Of a stretch of 64,000 bases of DNA, positions 16,230 through 31,606 are shown one piece after another. Position 1 is the stretch's first letter; each line of letters begins with the position of its first letter. A program made the position numbers and the translations under genes. The notes beneath the pieces are model-generated. The model did no database searches. It was not told the origin of the DNA and saw only the letters and a program-made list of their open reading frames with translations. The stretch comes from the human T2T-CHM13v2.0 reference genome, Homo sapiens: assembly GCF_009914755.1 (NCBI RefSeq), contig NC_060935.1. The stretch is one strand, 5' to 3'.

Positions 16230-17984
16230 TTAAATTGAAAACTCATTAAGAGTATATAAGTAGTTATCCTTTTAGCTAACATGATTGTTTTCACTTCCTT
16301 TTTTAAAAAAAGAAGTTCTTTATATGCTTCAGATACACATCTTTATCAAACACATATTTTACAAATATTTTCTCCCACTTTCTGGCTTGTTTTTTTCTTA
16401 ACAATGTCATCTGCAGAAAAGTTTTTAATCTTAGTAAAGTTCAGCTTAACAATTTTCCTCTCATGGACTCTGCTTTTTGGTGCTGTATCTAAAAAATCAC
16501 GGCCAGAGCCAAGGTCACCTAGATTTTCTTTGATAATATCATCTAAAAGTTTTACAGTTTTGCATTTTACATTTAAGTCTATGATCCACTATCAGTTAAT
16601 TTTTGTGGAAAGTATAAGGTCGGTATCTAAATTCATTTTTTTGCAGGTAGATACCAAGTTATCAAGTTCCAGCAGCATTTTTTGAAAAGACTGTCTCTTT
16701 ATTGAATTGCCTTTGCACCTTTTGCCAAAGATTAGCTGATTGTATTTGTGTAGTTCTATTTATTAGCTCTCTATCCTGTTTCATTGATTTATTTGTCTCT
16801 TCTTTTGCCAACACCATACTGTATTGGTTACGGTAGTTTATGAAGCCAGGTAGTGTCACTCTCCAACTCTCTTATTCTCCTTCAATAATGTGTTAGCTAT
16901 TCTGGGTTTTTCCCCTTCCATGTAAACTTTAGAATCAGTTTCCTGATAGCCACAAAATAATGGTGGGCTTTTGACTGGGATTGCATTGACTCCATAGATC
17001 AAGTTGGGAAGAAGTGACATCTTAGTGCTGGCCACATAGCATAAGTTAGGAAGTGTTCCTTTTGCTTCTATTTTCTGGAAGAGATTGTTGAGAATTAGTA
17101 TGATTTTTTTCTTTTTTCACTGGTAGAATTTACCAGTGAAACCATCTGGGCCTGGTACTTTGTATTTGGAAAGTTATTATTGACTCAATTTCTTTTATAT
17201 ACGGGGGCCTATTCAGATTATCTATTGCTCCTTGTGTGAGTTTTAGTAGATTAGATCTTCCAAGGAATTGGTCTATTTCATATGTTATCAAATTTGTGGG
17301 CACTGAGTGTTTATAATTACCTTTATTTTCCTTTTAATGTTCATGGAATCAGTATAGTTGGTCCCACTTTCATTTTTTTATGTTAGTAATGTGTGTCTTC
17401 TTTTTTCTTTGGTTAGACTATCTGGAGGCTTATCAATTTTATTAATCTTTTCAAAGAGCCAACTTTGGTTTCATTGATTTTCTCTACGGTTTTCCTATTT
17501 TCAATGTCATTGATTTCTGCTCTTTTGTTATTTCTTTTCTTCTATTTGTTTTAGGTTTATATTGTTCTTCTTTCTCAGTTTCCTAAGGTGGAAATTCAGA
17601 TAATTTATTTAGAGCTTTCTTTTTTAATATATGCATTTAATGCTATAAATTGTTTTCACTGCATCCCACAAATTTTGATAAGTTGCATTTTTATTTTAAT
17701 TTACCTCAAAATATTTTTAATTTCTCTTGAGACTGATTCTTTGACCCATGTGTTATTTATAAGTATGTTGTTTCATCTCCAAACATTTTGGAATTTTTCC
17801 ACTATCTGTTATTTATTTCTAGTTTAATTTTACTGTGGTCTGAGAGCATGTTTCGTAAGGTTTCTATTTTTCTAAATTTGTTGGTTTTGATGCCCAGAAT
17901 GTGATCTATCTAGGTGAATGCTCTATGTGAGCTTGAGAAGAATGCATACTTTGCTAGTATTGAATGAAGTATTCTCTAAATATC

Positions 17985-18340
17985 TGCTTTGATCTCAATG
18001 TTGTGTTTCCCCAAAATTCATATGTTGAAATACTAACCCACAAGGTGATGGTACTAGAGGTGGGGCTCTTTAGGAGATGAAGGTTATAAAGGCAGAGCTC
18101 TTATAGATGGGATTAGTACCCTTATAAAAGAGATCCCAGACAGCCGCCTTGCCCTTCCACCATGATGACACATAGAGAAGGTGCCATGTATGAGGAATGG
18201 GCCCTCAACAGATGCCAAATATGCTAGTGCCTTGATCCTGGACTTCTCTGTCCCCCAGAATTGCGAGAAATAAATGTTTGTTGTTTAAAAGTCACCCAGT
18301 TTTTGGTATTTTTGTTACAGCAGCTCAAAAGACTAAGACA
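17985..18340 (+). mobile_element. MLT1A/MLT1A0 solo LTR
   Basis: TG...CA ends, ccccaaaattcatatgttgaa motif, 5-bp TSD atatc / atgtc. Confidence 0.85.
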
Positions 18341-18937
18341 ATGTCAATTAGATCTAGTTAGCTGAGAGTGCTATTCAGTTCAACTATACCCTTGCTAATT
18401 TTCTAACTGCTGAACCTGTCTTTTACTGATAAATGTGTGTTAAAGATTCCAACAATAATAGTGGATTTGTTTGTTTCTCCTTGTAGTTCTATCAGTTTTT
18501 ACCTAATGCAATTTGACACTTTGTTATTAGGCACATAAATATTAAGGATACTTATGTCTTCTTACAGACTGACCCAGTTATCATGTCATGTTCTTCTTTA
18601 TTCCTGATAGTTTTTCTTGTTCTGAAGTCTGCTTTGTCTGAAGATAAAGTGTGCTACCACAGCTTCTTTTGATTTGTGTTAGTACGGTATATCTTTATCT
18701 CCTTACTTTTAATTTTTCTGTGTCTTAATATTTAAATTGGGCTTTTTGTAAACAAAATATAATTGGGTCATTTTTCTACCCACTCTGTCAGTCTCTTGAT
18801 GTATTTACAACAATCACATTTAAAGTGATTATTGATGTATTTGGATTAAGATCTACCATATTTGTAACCATTTTCTATGTGCTGCACCTGTTTTTTCTTT
18901 TAAAAAAAATCTTACCCTCTTTTCTGCCTTCCCTGGT

Positions 18938-19233
18938 CTTTTCTTTCTTTTCTTTTTTGAGACAAGGTCCTGCTCTGTCACGAAGGCTGAAGTACAGTGG
19001 CGGGGGCATAGCTCATCACAGCCTCAAACTCCTAGACTCAAGCAATCCTCCCATCTCAGTCTCCAATGCAGTTAGGACTACAGGCACAAGTCACTAAGTG
19101 CAGCTAATTTTTTTTACTTTGTGTAGAGATGGAGGTCTTACTATGTTGCTCAGACTGGTCTTGAACTCCTAGCTGCAAATGATCCTCCCACCTTGGCCTC
19201 CCAAAGGGCTGGGAGACTCTAGGGATTACAGGC
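18938..19233 (-). mobile_element. AluJ
   Basis: Antisense diverged Alu dimer. Confidence 0.85.
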
Positions 19234-19859
19234 TCTAGTCCTAATTGAGCATTTTATATGATTATACTCTCTCCTCGTTTTCCATGCTGCTTCAAATTCA
19301 GATATCCTTATAGCAGATTATTCCCAATTTCTCTCTTCTGTCCCCTGTAACAGTGCTGTCATTCATTTCACTTATCTATAAGCTATATTCACCAAATACA
19401 TTGTTGCTATTACGTTAAATGAATAGTTATCTATTAAATCATCTAAAAATAAGAAAAATAAAAGGTTTTATTTTTTTACCTCCATTCATTCTTTCTGTAA
19501 CACTCTTTCTTTCTCTATGTAGATCTGAGTTTCTGACCTATACCCTTTTCTTGCTCTCCAAATAACTTTTGAAATTTCTTGCAAAGCAGATAGACTAGCA
19601 ACAAATTCCCTCAGTTTTTGCTTGTCTGAGAAAGTCATTATCTTGCCCTCACTTTGAAGGATAATTTTGCCGGATAAAGAATTCTAAGTTGGTAGAGTTT
19701 TTTCTTTCAAAATGTAAACTATTTCTCTCCACTGTCTGCTTGTTTGTGAAAAGAATTCAATGTAATTCTTAACCTTATTCCTCTGTAAATAAGGTGGATT
19801 TTTTCCTCTGGTTTCTTTCAAAACATTCTATTTTTCTTTGGTATTCTGCAGTTTGAATA

Positions 19860-21150
19860 TCCCTCATAGAAACAGATACAAATATCCTTAACAAAACATT
19901 GGCAAATCAAATCCAACAATATAATATTTTTAAAAAGGATAATAAATAATGACAAAGTAAGAATTCAAGATTGGTTTAACATTCAAAAATCAATGATACC
20001 ATATTAGCAGAACAAAGGAGAAAAATATATAATTTTAATAAATGCAAAAAAAAGCATTGGACAAAATTCAAAAGAAATTAATTTTAAAAAACTTTTTTTC
20101 TTTTCAGACAGGGTCTCACTCTGTCACCCAGGTGGTTGTGCAGTGGCATAATCATGGTTCACTGCAGCCTCAACCTCCTGGGTTCAAGTGATCCTCTCAC
20201 CTCAGCCTCCTGAGTAGATCTGACTAAAGGCACTTGCCATCACGCCTGGCTTTTTTGGGGGAGGCGGGGGAGATAGTGTCTCCTATGTTTCCCAGGCTGC
20301 TTGTGAATTCCTGTCCTCAAGCAATTCTCCCACCTTGGCCCCCAAAGTTTTGGGATTATACGTGTAAGCCACCATACCCATCCTAAAAAAAAGTATTAAC
20401 AAAACAAAAATATCCATTCCCAAGGGTCTCAGTTAAAAAAAAAAAGAAAGAAAAAGGACAAACCAAAAATAGAAGGAAATCTCCTCAATCTTATAAAAGG
20501 TATGTATGGCAGGGGAAGTTATAATTAACATTCATAATAGTCAAATATTGAAAAAAGATCAGGAAAAAGGCAGTGAATGCTCAGGCTCACCAATTCTATT
20601 CAATGTAGCACTGAAGGTCTTAGCCATTACAATATGGCAAGAATAGAAAATAAAAGGAAAAAATATACATTTTTTAAAAAAGTAAAACTATTTCTTTTTT
20701 AATATGTAAGGCTATATTTTTTTTTCTTATTTTTGAGACAGGGTGTCACTTTGTCAACCAACCTGGAGTGCAATGGTACAAACAAACTCACTGCAACATC
20801 AAACTCCTGGGCTCAAGGGATCCTCCTGCTTCAGCCCCCCAAGTGGCTGGGACTACAGGTGCATGACACCATACTCAGCTAATTTTTGCATTTTTTGCAG
20901 ATACGGGGTATCACCATGTTCCCCAGGCTGGTCTCAAATGCCTGAGCTAAAGAAATCCACCCACCTCAGCCCTGCTGGGATTACAGGCATGAGCCACCAT
21001 GCCCAGCCTATTTTTAAAAAGTCTAAGAAATCTACCAATCATGAGAATTAAAAAGTGAATTTAGCAAGATCACAAGATACAAGGTTAATATTTGAAAACT
21101 AAAGGATTTGTATATATTAGCAGCAAACAATTAGAAAAAGAAGTTAATAC
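19860..21150 (+). mobile_element. Old L1M ORF2 fragment interrupted by antisense AluJ copies (20093-20383, 20717-21008)
   Basis: Degenerate RT-region motifs (gatacaaatatccttaacaaaa, aaagcattggacaaaattcaa). Confidence 0.7.
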
Positions 21151-24100
21151 CAACTATTCTTGTTCAATTAATTCGAGGTATGTTTTCATAATTTCTAATC
21201 CTTTTTGTTATACCTTCTTTGATCATTTTCGACATCATAAACATACTTACTTTAAAGCCTTTAACAAATTCTTACAAAATCATTTTAATATGCAGCACAT
21301 TTATATTTCAATTATTGATTTTTATTGACTTAAGATCAATATAGAGTCAGTAGATGGAGCAAAATGGGTGAATAGAAGACTCCACTGGCCAGGTGTGATG
21401 ACTCATGCCTTTTAGGAGGCCAGGGCAGGAGTAGCACTTGAGCCTAAGAGTTCAAGACAAGCCTGGGCAACATAGCAAGACCTCATCTCTAAAAACAAAA
21501 CAAAACAAAAACAAACAAACAAACAAAAAACAAAGGAAGCCTCCACTCTTCATCCTCCCCACAGGAACACCAAATTGAACAACTATCCACATGCAAAAAA
21601 AGCACATTCATAAGAACCAAAAATCAGATAAGCAATCACAGTACCTAATTTTAACTTCATATCACTGAAAAAGTCACTGAAGAGGGTGGAAAAGCCAGTC
21701 TTGAATTGTTGATGCCACCCCTACCCCATCCCCTGGCACAGGCCACAAGGAGTGGAGAAAGAATCTGTACACTTGGGGGAGAGACAGCACAGTGATTGTG
21801 GAACTTAGCATTGGAACTCAGTGCTGCCCTGTCACAGCAGAAAGCAACACCAGGAAGATCTCAGCTGGTGCCTGTGGAGGGAGCATTTAGACCAGAACTA
21901 GCCAGAAGAGAATTACCCATCCCAGCAGTCAGAATCTGAGTTCTGGCAAGCCTTACCACTGCAGGCTAATGTCCTCTAGGGTCCTAAATAAACTTGAAAG
22001 GCAGTCTAGGCCACAAAGACTATTATTCCTGGGCATGTCCTGGTGCTGTACTGGACTCGGAGCCAGTGGACTCGGCGGGGCACATGACCTAGCAAACCAC
22101 CAGCCAGGGAAGCCAAGGGAGTGCTTGTGCCACCCCTGCCTCAACCACAGGCAGTGCAGCCCACAGGTCCAGGAAAGACTACTTCCTTCTGCTTGAGGAA
22201 AAGAGAGCAAAGGGTAAAGAGTACTTTGTCTTGCAACTTGGATACCAGCTCAGTCACAGTAGGATAGGGCAGCAGAGAGAGTCCTGAGGCCCCCATTCCA
22301 GGCCCTAGCTCTTGGATGACATTTCTAGACACACCTTGGGCCAGAAGGGAACCTCATACCTTGAAGGTAAGGACCCAGTCTTGGCAGGATTCATCATCTG
22401 CTGACTAAAGAGCCCTTGGGCCTGAATAATCAGCAGGGGTAACCAGACAGTATTTGCCATGGGCCTTGGGTAAAACTGGGAGACTTGCTGGCTTCAAGTG
22501 TGACACAGCAAATTCCCAGCTGTGGTGAATATGGGGAGAGACTCCTTCTGCTTGAGAAAAGGAGAAAGAACGGTAAAGGGGACTTTGTCTTGCAGCTTCA
22601 ATACCAGTGGGATAGAGCAACAAGCAGGCTCTTTAGGTCCCCAGTTCCCAGCCTTTGTTCTTCAGTGGTATTTCTGGACCTGCTCAGGGCCAAAGGGGAG
22701 CCCACTGACCTAAAGAGAGAGTCCCAGGCCTGGTAGCATTCACCACAAGCTGACTGAAGAGACCTTGGGCCTTGAATGAACATTTGTGGTAGCAAGGCAA
22801 TATGTGCCACAGGGCAGAGGTGCCATGGGGAAAAACTCCTCTGCTTGTGGACTAAGGGGGGAAAACAGTGGGAAGGACTTTGTCTTGTGGCTTGGGTGCC
22901 AGTTCAGCCATAGTAGAGTACAGCACCAGGTAGATTCCTAAGGTTTCTGACTTCAGGCCTTGGCTCCTGGACAGCATCTCTAGACCTGCCCAGGACTGGG
23001 GGGATCTTGTTACCCTGAAGGGAAGGACACAAGCCTGGCTGGCTTCACCTCCTGCTTATTGCAGAGGCCTAGAGCATTCAGTAAACATAGGCAATAGGCA
23101 GGCAGTGGTTGCTGCAGGCCTTGGACAAGACCCAGGGCTGTGCTAGCTTTAGGTTTGACCCAGTGCAGTCGCAGTGGTGGTGGCCACAGGGGTGCTTGTG
23201 TGACCCCTGCCCCAAATCCAAGCAGCTCATCACAGAGAGACTGTTTGTTTGGGAGAAAATAAGGAAAAAGAACAAGTGTCTCTGCCTGGTAATCCAGGGA
23301 ATTCTTCTAGATCTTATCTAAGACCACCAAGTTGGCACATCTGTAAGTCTGCAAGAGCCACAGTATTACTTGGCTGAACATTACTGCTACCTAATGCAGA
23401 TACAGATGCAGTGACCAAAAACTGAAATCATAGCACCCAAGTCCCTTCAAATACCTGCAAATCCTCCCCACAATGGACAGATACAAACAAGCCCAGACTA
23501 CAAAGACTACAATGAATACTTAACTCCTCAGTGCCCAGATACCAACAAACATCCACAAGCATCAACACCGTCAGGAAAACATGATCAAAAACATGACTTC
23601 ACCAAACAAACTAAATAAGGCACCAATGACAAATCCTGGAGAGAGAAAGATATGTGACCCTTCAGAAAGAAAATTCAAGATAGCTGTTTGAGGAAACTCA
23701 ATAAAATTCAAGATAACACAGAGAAGAAATTCAGAATCCTATCAGATGAATTTAACAAAAGATTGAAATAATTTAAAAGAATCAAATGGAAATTCTGGAG
23801 TTGAAAAATGCAAATGACATACTGAATAATGCATCAGAGTCTCTTAACAGCAAAATTGATCAAGGAGAAGAAAGAATTAGTGAGCTTGAAGACAGGCTAT
23901 TTGAAAATATATAGTCGGCTGGGTGTGATGGCTCATGTCTGTAATCCCAGCTCTTTGGAAGGCCAAGGCAGGCAGATCACTTGAGATTAGGAGTTTGAAA
24001 ACAGCCTGGCAAATATGGCAAAACCCGTCTCTACTAAAAACACAAAAATTAGCTAGGCAGGTGCCTATAATCCCAGCTATTCAGGAGGCTGAGGCAGGAG

Positions 24101-25564
24101 AATCACTTGAACCTAGGAACACAGGTTGCAGTGAACCGAGATCGTGCCACTGCACACCAACCTGGATGACAGAGTGGGACACCATCTCAAAAAAAAAAGA
24201 AAATATAGAGTCAAAGGAGACAAAAGAATAAAAAATAAGCATGCCTATGAGATCTAGAAAATAGTCTTAAAAGGGCAAATCTAAGAAATATTGGCCTTAA
24301 AGAGAAAGTAGAGGGAGAGACAGAAAGTTTATTCAAAATATAATAACACCTGGGCATGGTGGCTCATGCCTATAATCCCAGCACATTGGGAAGCCAAGTC
24401 CAGAAGTTCAAGACCAGTTTGGATAACATGGCAAAATCCCATCTCTACCAAAAAATTAAAAAAAAAAAAAAGTTAGCCAGGCATAGTGGTGCACACCTGT
24501 CCCAGCTGAGTAGTCCCAGCTACTCAGGAGGCTGAGGTAGAAGGATGGTTTGATCCCAAAAGATGAAGTTTGCAGTGAACCGAGATCACACCACTGCTTT
24601 CCAGCCTGGGCAACAGCCAGACCCTGTCTCAATAAGAAAACAAAACAAAACAGGATAATAACAGGGAAATTCTCAAACCTAGAAAAATATATCAATATTG
24701 AAATACAAAAAGGTTATAGAACACCAAGCAGATATAACCCAAAGAAGACTACATCAAGATATTTAATAAGCAAACTCCCTCAGATCAAGGATGAAGGTTA
24801 AAAATACAGTCCTAAGATCAACAAGAGACAAGAAACAAGTAATATACAAAGGAGCTCCAATATGTCTAGCAGCAGACTTTTCAGTGGAAATCTTACAACC
24901 CAGGAGAGAGTGGCATGAATTATTTAAAGTGCTGAAGGAAAAAAAAAAAAAAACTTTTATCCTAGAATAGTGTATCCAGTGAAAATATCCTTCAAACATG
25001 GGGAAATAAAGACTTTCTCAGACAAAAGGTGAGGTATTTCATCAACATGAGACCTATCCTACAAAAAATGCTAAGGGGAGTTCTTCAATCTGAAAGAAAA
25101 GGATGTTAAATGAACAAGAAAAAATCATCTTAAGGTACAAAAGTCACTGGTAATAGTATGTACATAGAAAGATGCAGATTATTATAACACTGTAAATGTG
25201 GTGCATAAACTACACAAATCTTCAGTAGAAAGACTAAAAGATGAACCCACCAAAAGTAATAACTACAACAAATTTTCAAAAAATAGTATAATAAAATATA
25301 AATAGAAACAACAAAAAGTTAAAAAGCAGGGGGATGAAGTTAAAGTGTAATGCTTTTATTCATTTTCTCTTTGCTTGTTTGTTTGCTTGCTTGTTTATGC
25401 AATCAGTGTCAAGTTATCAGTTTAAAATAATAAGTTATAAGATAGTATTTGCAAGCCTCATGGTAACACCAAAAAACATACAACAGACCAGCGTGGTGGC
25501 TCACGTCTGTAATCCCAGAACTTTGGGAGGTCAAGGCAGTGGATCACTTGAGGTCAGGACTTCA

Positions 25565-25771
<207 letters not shown>

Positions 25772-26730
25772 TCAATCAATCAATAAATAAACAGATACAC
25801 AAAAAATAAAAAGCAAGAAATTAAAAATTATCATCTGAGAAAATCACCTTCACTAAAAAGGAAGGCAGGAAGAAAGGACAGAAGGAAGAGAAGACCATAA
25901 ACCAACCAGAAAACAAATAACAAAATATCAGGAGTAGGCCCTTACTTATCAATAATAATACTGAATGTACATAAACTAAACTTTCCAGTCAAAGACACAG
26001 AACAGATGAATGGATTAAACAAATAAGACCCAACAATCTGTTGCCTACAGTAAACACACTTTACCTATAAAAACACACATAGACTGAAAATCAAAAAATG
26101 GAAAAAGTCATTCCATGCCAATAGAAACTAAAAAGTGCAGGAGTAGCTACACTTAGACGAAATAGATTTCAAGACAAAAAGTATAAAAAGAAATAAAGAA
26201 GGTCATTATATGATAAAGGGGTCAACGAGGATAAACAATTATAAATATATATGCACCAAACACTGGAGCACCCAGATATATAAAGCAAATATTACTAGCA
26301 TGAAGAAGAGAAATAGACCCCAATACAATATTAGCTGGAGACTTTAACACCATGCTTTCAGCACTGAACAAATTATTCAGACACAAAATAAACAAAGAAA
26401 CACTGTACTTAATCTGCACTATAGAGCAAATGGACCAAATAGATATTTACAGAATATTTCATCTAATGGTTGCAGAAAAATCATTCTCCTCAGCACATGG
26501 ATCATTCTCAAGGATAGACCATATATATGTTAGGCCACAAAACAAGTCTTTAAAAATTGAAAAAAAATTGAAGTTATATCAAGTATCTTCTCTGACCATA
26601 ATGGAATAAAAGGAAATCAATAACAAGAGGAATCTTGGAAACAATAAAAATACATGGAAATTATCCAATATGCTCCTGAATGACAGGGGTTCAATGAAGA
26701 AATTAAAAAGAAAATTAAAACTTTTCAAAC

Positions 26731-29700
26731 AAGGCAGGACAACAGCCCATCCTAGAGCAACATGGAGCCAAGGGAACCTCCCCCACCCAGGGAAGTGGTA
26801 CTGGAAAATCCAAGACAACTAGGGACTGCAGCACACCCCCAGCATACTGCAGCAGCCCTACAGAAAAGTGGCTGGAGTGTCACATGGGTGCCTGTTCCCA
26901 TATCTCCTCACTGGGCAGGTTCTCCAGGCCCTGGGCCTCCAGCCATACCCGGCTGGGGCTATTGAGCCAGGGGCATCTCTGCAATTCCCTGGACAGAACT
27001 CCCAGTGGGAGGGGTGGGTTGCCATCTTTGCTTTCTTACAGCCCTTGCCCTTGCTGTCTCCAGGCTTGGGAGAGTCTGTGGAAATCAGGGGCTCATCCCA
27101 ACCCCCAGCACAGAGCAACCACCTCACAGAAAAGTGGCCAGACTGTTCTCCATGCAGATCCCAGTCCTCACTTCTCCTTACTTGACAGAGCCACACAACC
27201 TGGAACTCTGACACAACCACCCTGCCCCCACCTGATCACCACAATCAGAGACAGCCCAGCACTTCTCTGAGGAGAAAATCCCAGAGTCAACCTGCAACTG
27301 CTCTGCCACTACAGTTGCAGTCATACAACCTAACAACCCTCAAACTAGGAAGGAACAAAGGGCTGAGTCATTATGCTGGCATCCCCAGCATACCACAGCT
27401 ACCACAGGGTGAGGAGTCCAGCCCCCTTCCCTGGGAATCCCTACCCCCGCCCTTCACCAGGCAAGGCCCCCAACTCATGGACACAAAGCAGCTGCCACAC
27501 CCATGGCTGAGCATACCTACTTGTAGTGCCTGGAGTTTCCCTGGGGAGAGGATCCCAGAAGCACAAAACAGCCCCTCTGCCACTGACACAGTAACAGTTC
27601 TATCCCTGATGCCTTGGTCTGGGGAAGAAACAAACAGATTGAGGGTTATGCCCAAGCTTACAGTGCACCATACACACCATATGGAGAAGAGACCAATCTC
27701 TCCTCCCTGCGAGCCTTCAACCCCCTCCTCCCCAATAAGCAGACCTCCAAGCTCATACCAGCAGTACAGCCACCCCACCCCACTGGCTGAACACCCCCAG
27801 TAACAGTGACTCCATGTTTCTTGGAGGGGTAGCCCCCAAGAGCAACTGAAATCCTCTCTGCCACTGCCTCTGCAGTGAAACTGCCCTTGCTACACTTGGG
27901 CTTAACGAAGGAGCAAAGACCCTAAGTGCTTTATTCACACCTCCAACAAACTGCAGTTAGTCCAAGGAGAGGAGGCCAGTCTATCTCCCACAGATCACAC
28001 CCACACCCCCTCTTGTCACCAGACAGGGAACCCCCAACTTGGGCCCACAGCACAGACTTCATACTGCACTGTTTGCAGAGCAGTTGCTGACCTGCATTTC
28101 TCTGGGGTGAAGCCCTCCGAAGACAAACAAAAGACCCTTGGCCACAACCACTACTGAGGTCCCTTCCTCGGCTGCCTCCAAGTTGGGGAAGAAACATAAG
28201 CCCTGAGATCATGCCAGAGCTGCAGTGGGCAGCCCAGGAGTGCAAAGCCATGAACTACAGCCATCACTCAATGGGAAGAGGAGTCCCCATCACTCAATGA
28301 GAGGGATCACGGCTGCAACTGTGAGGAAATATAGGAAAGTCACATGACTAAGCAAGAGCCTACCAACTGACCAATACATCTAAGTGTCACCTACTAAATC
28401 ATATCCCAAATCTTCAACACCAAAAGCACCTCACTAACATACCCCACTATGAAACAAAAGACAAAAAGTAAGCTACAGATAAAGATCCTGCACAAAGCCT
28501 CAGCCCTGTGAAAACATCCAGAAAAGAAGTGTATTGACTATACTCAATCTGCACTGCAGTTAAAGAAATAGCCACATGCAGAGATGAGGAAGAACCAAGA
28601 CAATAATTCTGGTAACTCAAATGGCAAGAGTGTCATATGACCTCCAAATGACCACACCAGTTCTCCAACAAAAGTTCTTAACCAGGCTGAGCTGGCTGAA
28701 ATGGCAGAAATAGAATTCAGAATATGGATAGGAATGAAGGTCATTGAGATTCAGGGGACTGGCAAAACCCAATCCAAGAAAACAAGAATTGCAATAAAGT
28801 GATACAGGAGCTGAAGGATGAAATAGCCAGTACAGGAAAGAACCTAAAAGATCTGACAGTGCTGAAAAACACAATACAATTATTTCACAATACGATTATA
28901 AGTATTAACAGCAGAATAGACCAAACTGAGGAAAGAATCTCAGAACTGGAAGACTGACTCTCTGAAATAGGACAGGCAGAAAAAAATAAAGAAAAGAAAA
29001 TGAAAAAAAATGAACAGAAGCCCCAAGAAATATGGAGTCACGTAAAGAGGCCAAATCTACTAATCGTTGGCATCCCTGAAAGGGAGGAGGAGAAAGCAAA
29101 CAACTTGGAAAACATATTTCAGGATATCATCCATGAAAACTCCCCCAACCTGGCTAGAGAGGCCAACAGTCAGATGTAGGAAATACAGAGAACTCCTGAA
29201 AGATTCTACACAAGAATATCATCCTCAAGACACACAGCCATCAGATTTTCCAAGGTTGAAATGAAACAAAGAATGTTATGGCAGCTAAAGAGAAAGGGCA
29301 GGTCACCTACAAAGGAAACACCCTCAAGATAACACCAGATGTTTCAGCTGAAACCCTATGAGCCAGAAGAGATTGGGGGCCTACAGTCAACATTCTTAAA
29401 GAAAAAATCTTCGACCAAGAATTTTATATCTAGCCGAACTAAGCTTCCTAAGTGAAGGAGAAATAAGATCCTTTTCAGATAAGCAAATGTTGAGGGAGTT
29501 TGTTACCATCAGACCGGCCTTACAAGAGATCTTGAAAAGAGCACTAAATATAGAAAGGAAAGAATGTTACCACCTAATACAAAAACACACTTAAATACAC
29601 AGACCAGTGACACTATAAAGCAACCACACAAACAAGCTGGCATGATAACCAGCTAACAACACAATGACAGGATCAAACCCACACATATCAATACTAACCT

Positions 29701-30390
29701 AAAATGCAAATTGGCTAAACGCCCCATTTAAAAGGCCCAGAGTGGAAAGCTGGATAAAAACACAAAACTGTATTAGTCCATTTTCATGTTGCTGATAAAG
29801 ACATACCTGAGACTGGGCAATTTACAAAACAAACAGATTTAATTGGACTCACAGTTCTATGTGGCTGGGGAGGCCTCACAATCATGATGGAAGGCAAGGA
29901 GGAGCAAGTAACATCTTACATGGATGGCAGTAGGCAAAAAGAGAAACTGTGCAGGGAAACTCCAGTTTTTAAAACTGTCATATCTCATGAGACTAAGTCA
30001 CTATCAGCACACAAAAGACCCGCCCCCATAATTCAACCACCTCCCACCAGGTTCCTCCCATGACACATGGGAATTGTGAGAGTTACAATTCAAGATGAGA
30101 TTTGGGTGGGATAACAGCCAAATAATATCAAAGACCCAGTGGTTGCTGCTGCTGCCTTCAAGAGACCCATCTCACATGTAATGACCCTCACAGGCTCAAA
30201 GCTCAAAATAAAGGGATGGAAGAAAATCTACAAAGCAAATGGAAATCAGAAAAAAGCAGGGGTTGCAATCCTAATTTCAAACAGAATAGATTTTAAACCA
30301 ACAAATATCAAAAAAGACAAAGAAGGGAATTACATAATGATAAAGTGTTCAATTCAACAAGAAGATCTAACTATCCTAAATATATACACA
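26731..30390 (+). mobile_element. L1PA13-16/L1PREC-type 5'UTR, ORF1 and start of ORF2, inserted in the L1MA ORF2 and 3'-deleted
   Basis: Long GC-rich 5'UTR; ORF1 ATGAGGAAGAACC at 28584; ORF2 ATGACAGGATCAAAC at ~29663; EN motif GWKKIYKANGNQKKAGVAILIS. Confidence 0.8.
29769..30130 (-). mobile_element. THE1B/C solo LTR
   Basis: tgtattagtccattttcatgttgctgataaagacatacc...atatca; TSD aaaac / aagac. Confidence 0.9.
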
Positions 30391-30487
30391 GCAGGCGGAG
30401 GTTGCAGTTAGCTGAGATCATGCCACTGCACTCCAGCTTGAGCGACAGAGCAAGACTCTGCCTCAAAAACAAAAACAAAAACAAAAC
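30391..30487 (+). mobile_element. 5'-truncated Alu right-arm fragment with (CAAAA)n tail
   Basis: gcaggcggaggttgcagt...gcaagactctgcctc plus tail; no TSD found. Confidence 0.85.
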
Positions 30488-31300
30488 AATGGAATACAGT
30501 GAAAGTGAAAGCAGTACTAAGAGGGAAGTTTATAGCTATAAGCACCTACATTTTAAAAAGAGAAAAACTTCAAATAACCTAACAATGTGTCTTAAAGAAT
30601 TAGAAAAGCAAGACAAAACCAAGCCCAAAATTAGTAGAATAATAAAGGTCAAAGCAGAAATAAATGAAATTGAAATGAAGAAAAGAATACAAAAGAACAA
30701 TGAAACAAAACGTTGTCTTTTTGAAAATATAAACAAAATTGACAAATCTTTAGCCAGACTAAGAAAAAAAGAGAAAAAACTCAAATAAATGAAATCAGAG
30801 ATGAAAAAAGAGACATTACTACTGATATCAGAGAAATTCAAAAGATAATTAGAGGCTACCATGACCAAGTATATGTATGCCAATAAATTGAAACACCAAA
30901 AGAAATAAATAAATTCCTAGACACATAAAACCTATCAAGATTGAGCCATGAAGAAATCTCGAACAGACTAATAACAAGTAATGGGCTCAAAGCAATAATA
31001 AAGTATCCAAGTAAAGGAAAGCCCAGAACCTGATGGCTTCACTGCTGAATTTTACCAAACATTTAAAGAACTAATATCAATCCTACTCAAACTATTCTAA
31101 AAAAAACCAAAAGTAGAGGAAAGAGGGAATACTTCCAAACTCATTATATGAGGCCAGTATCACCCTGATACCAAAACCAGGCAAAGATATATCAAAAAAA
31201 TAAAACTACAGTCCAAGATCCCTGATGAACACTGATGCAAGAATCCTCAACAAAATACTGGCAAACCAAATTCAACAACACATTAAAAATATCATTCATC

Positions 31301-31606
<306 letters not shown>

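Noticed and set aside
26762-28251. Cluster of overlapping ORFs in a GC-rich stretch
   Set aside because: Lies in an old L1 5'UTR; GC richness explains the scarcity of stops.
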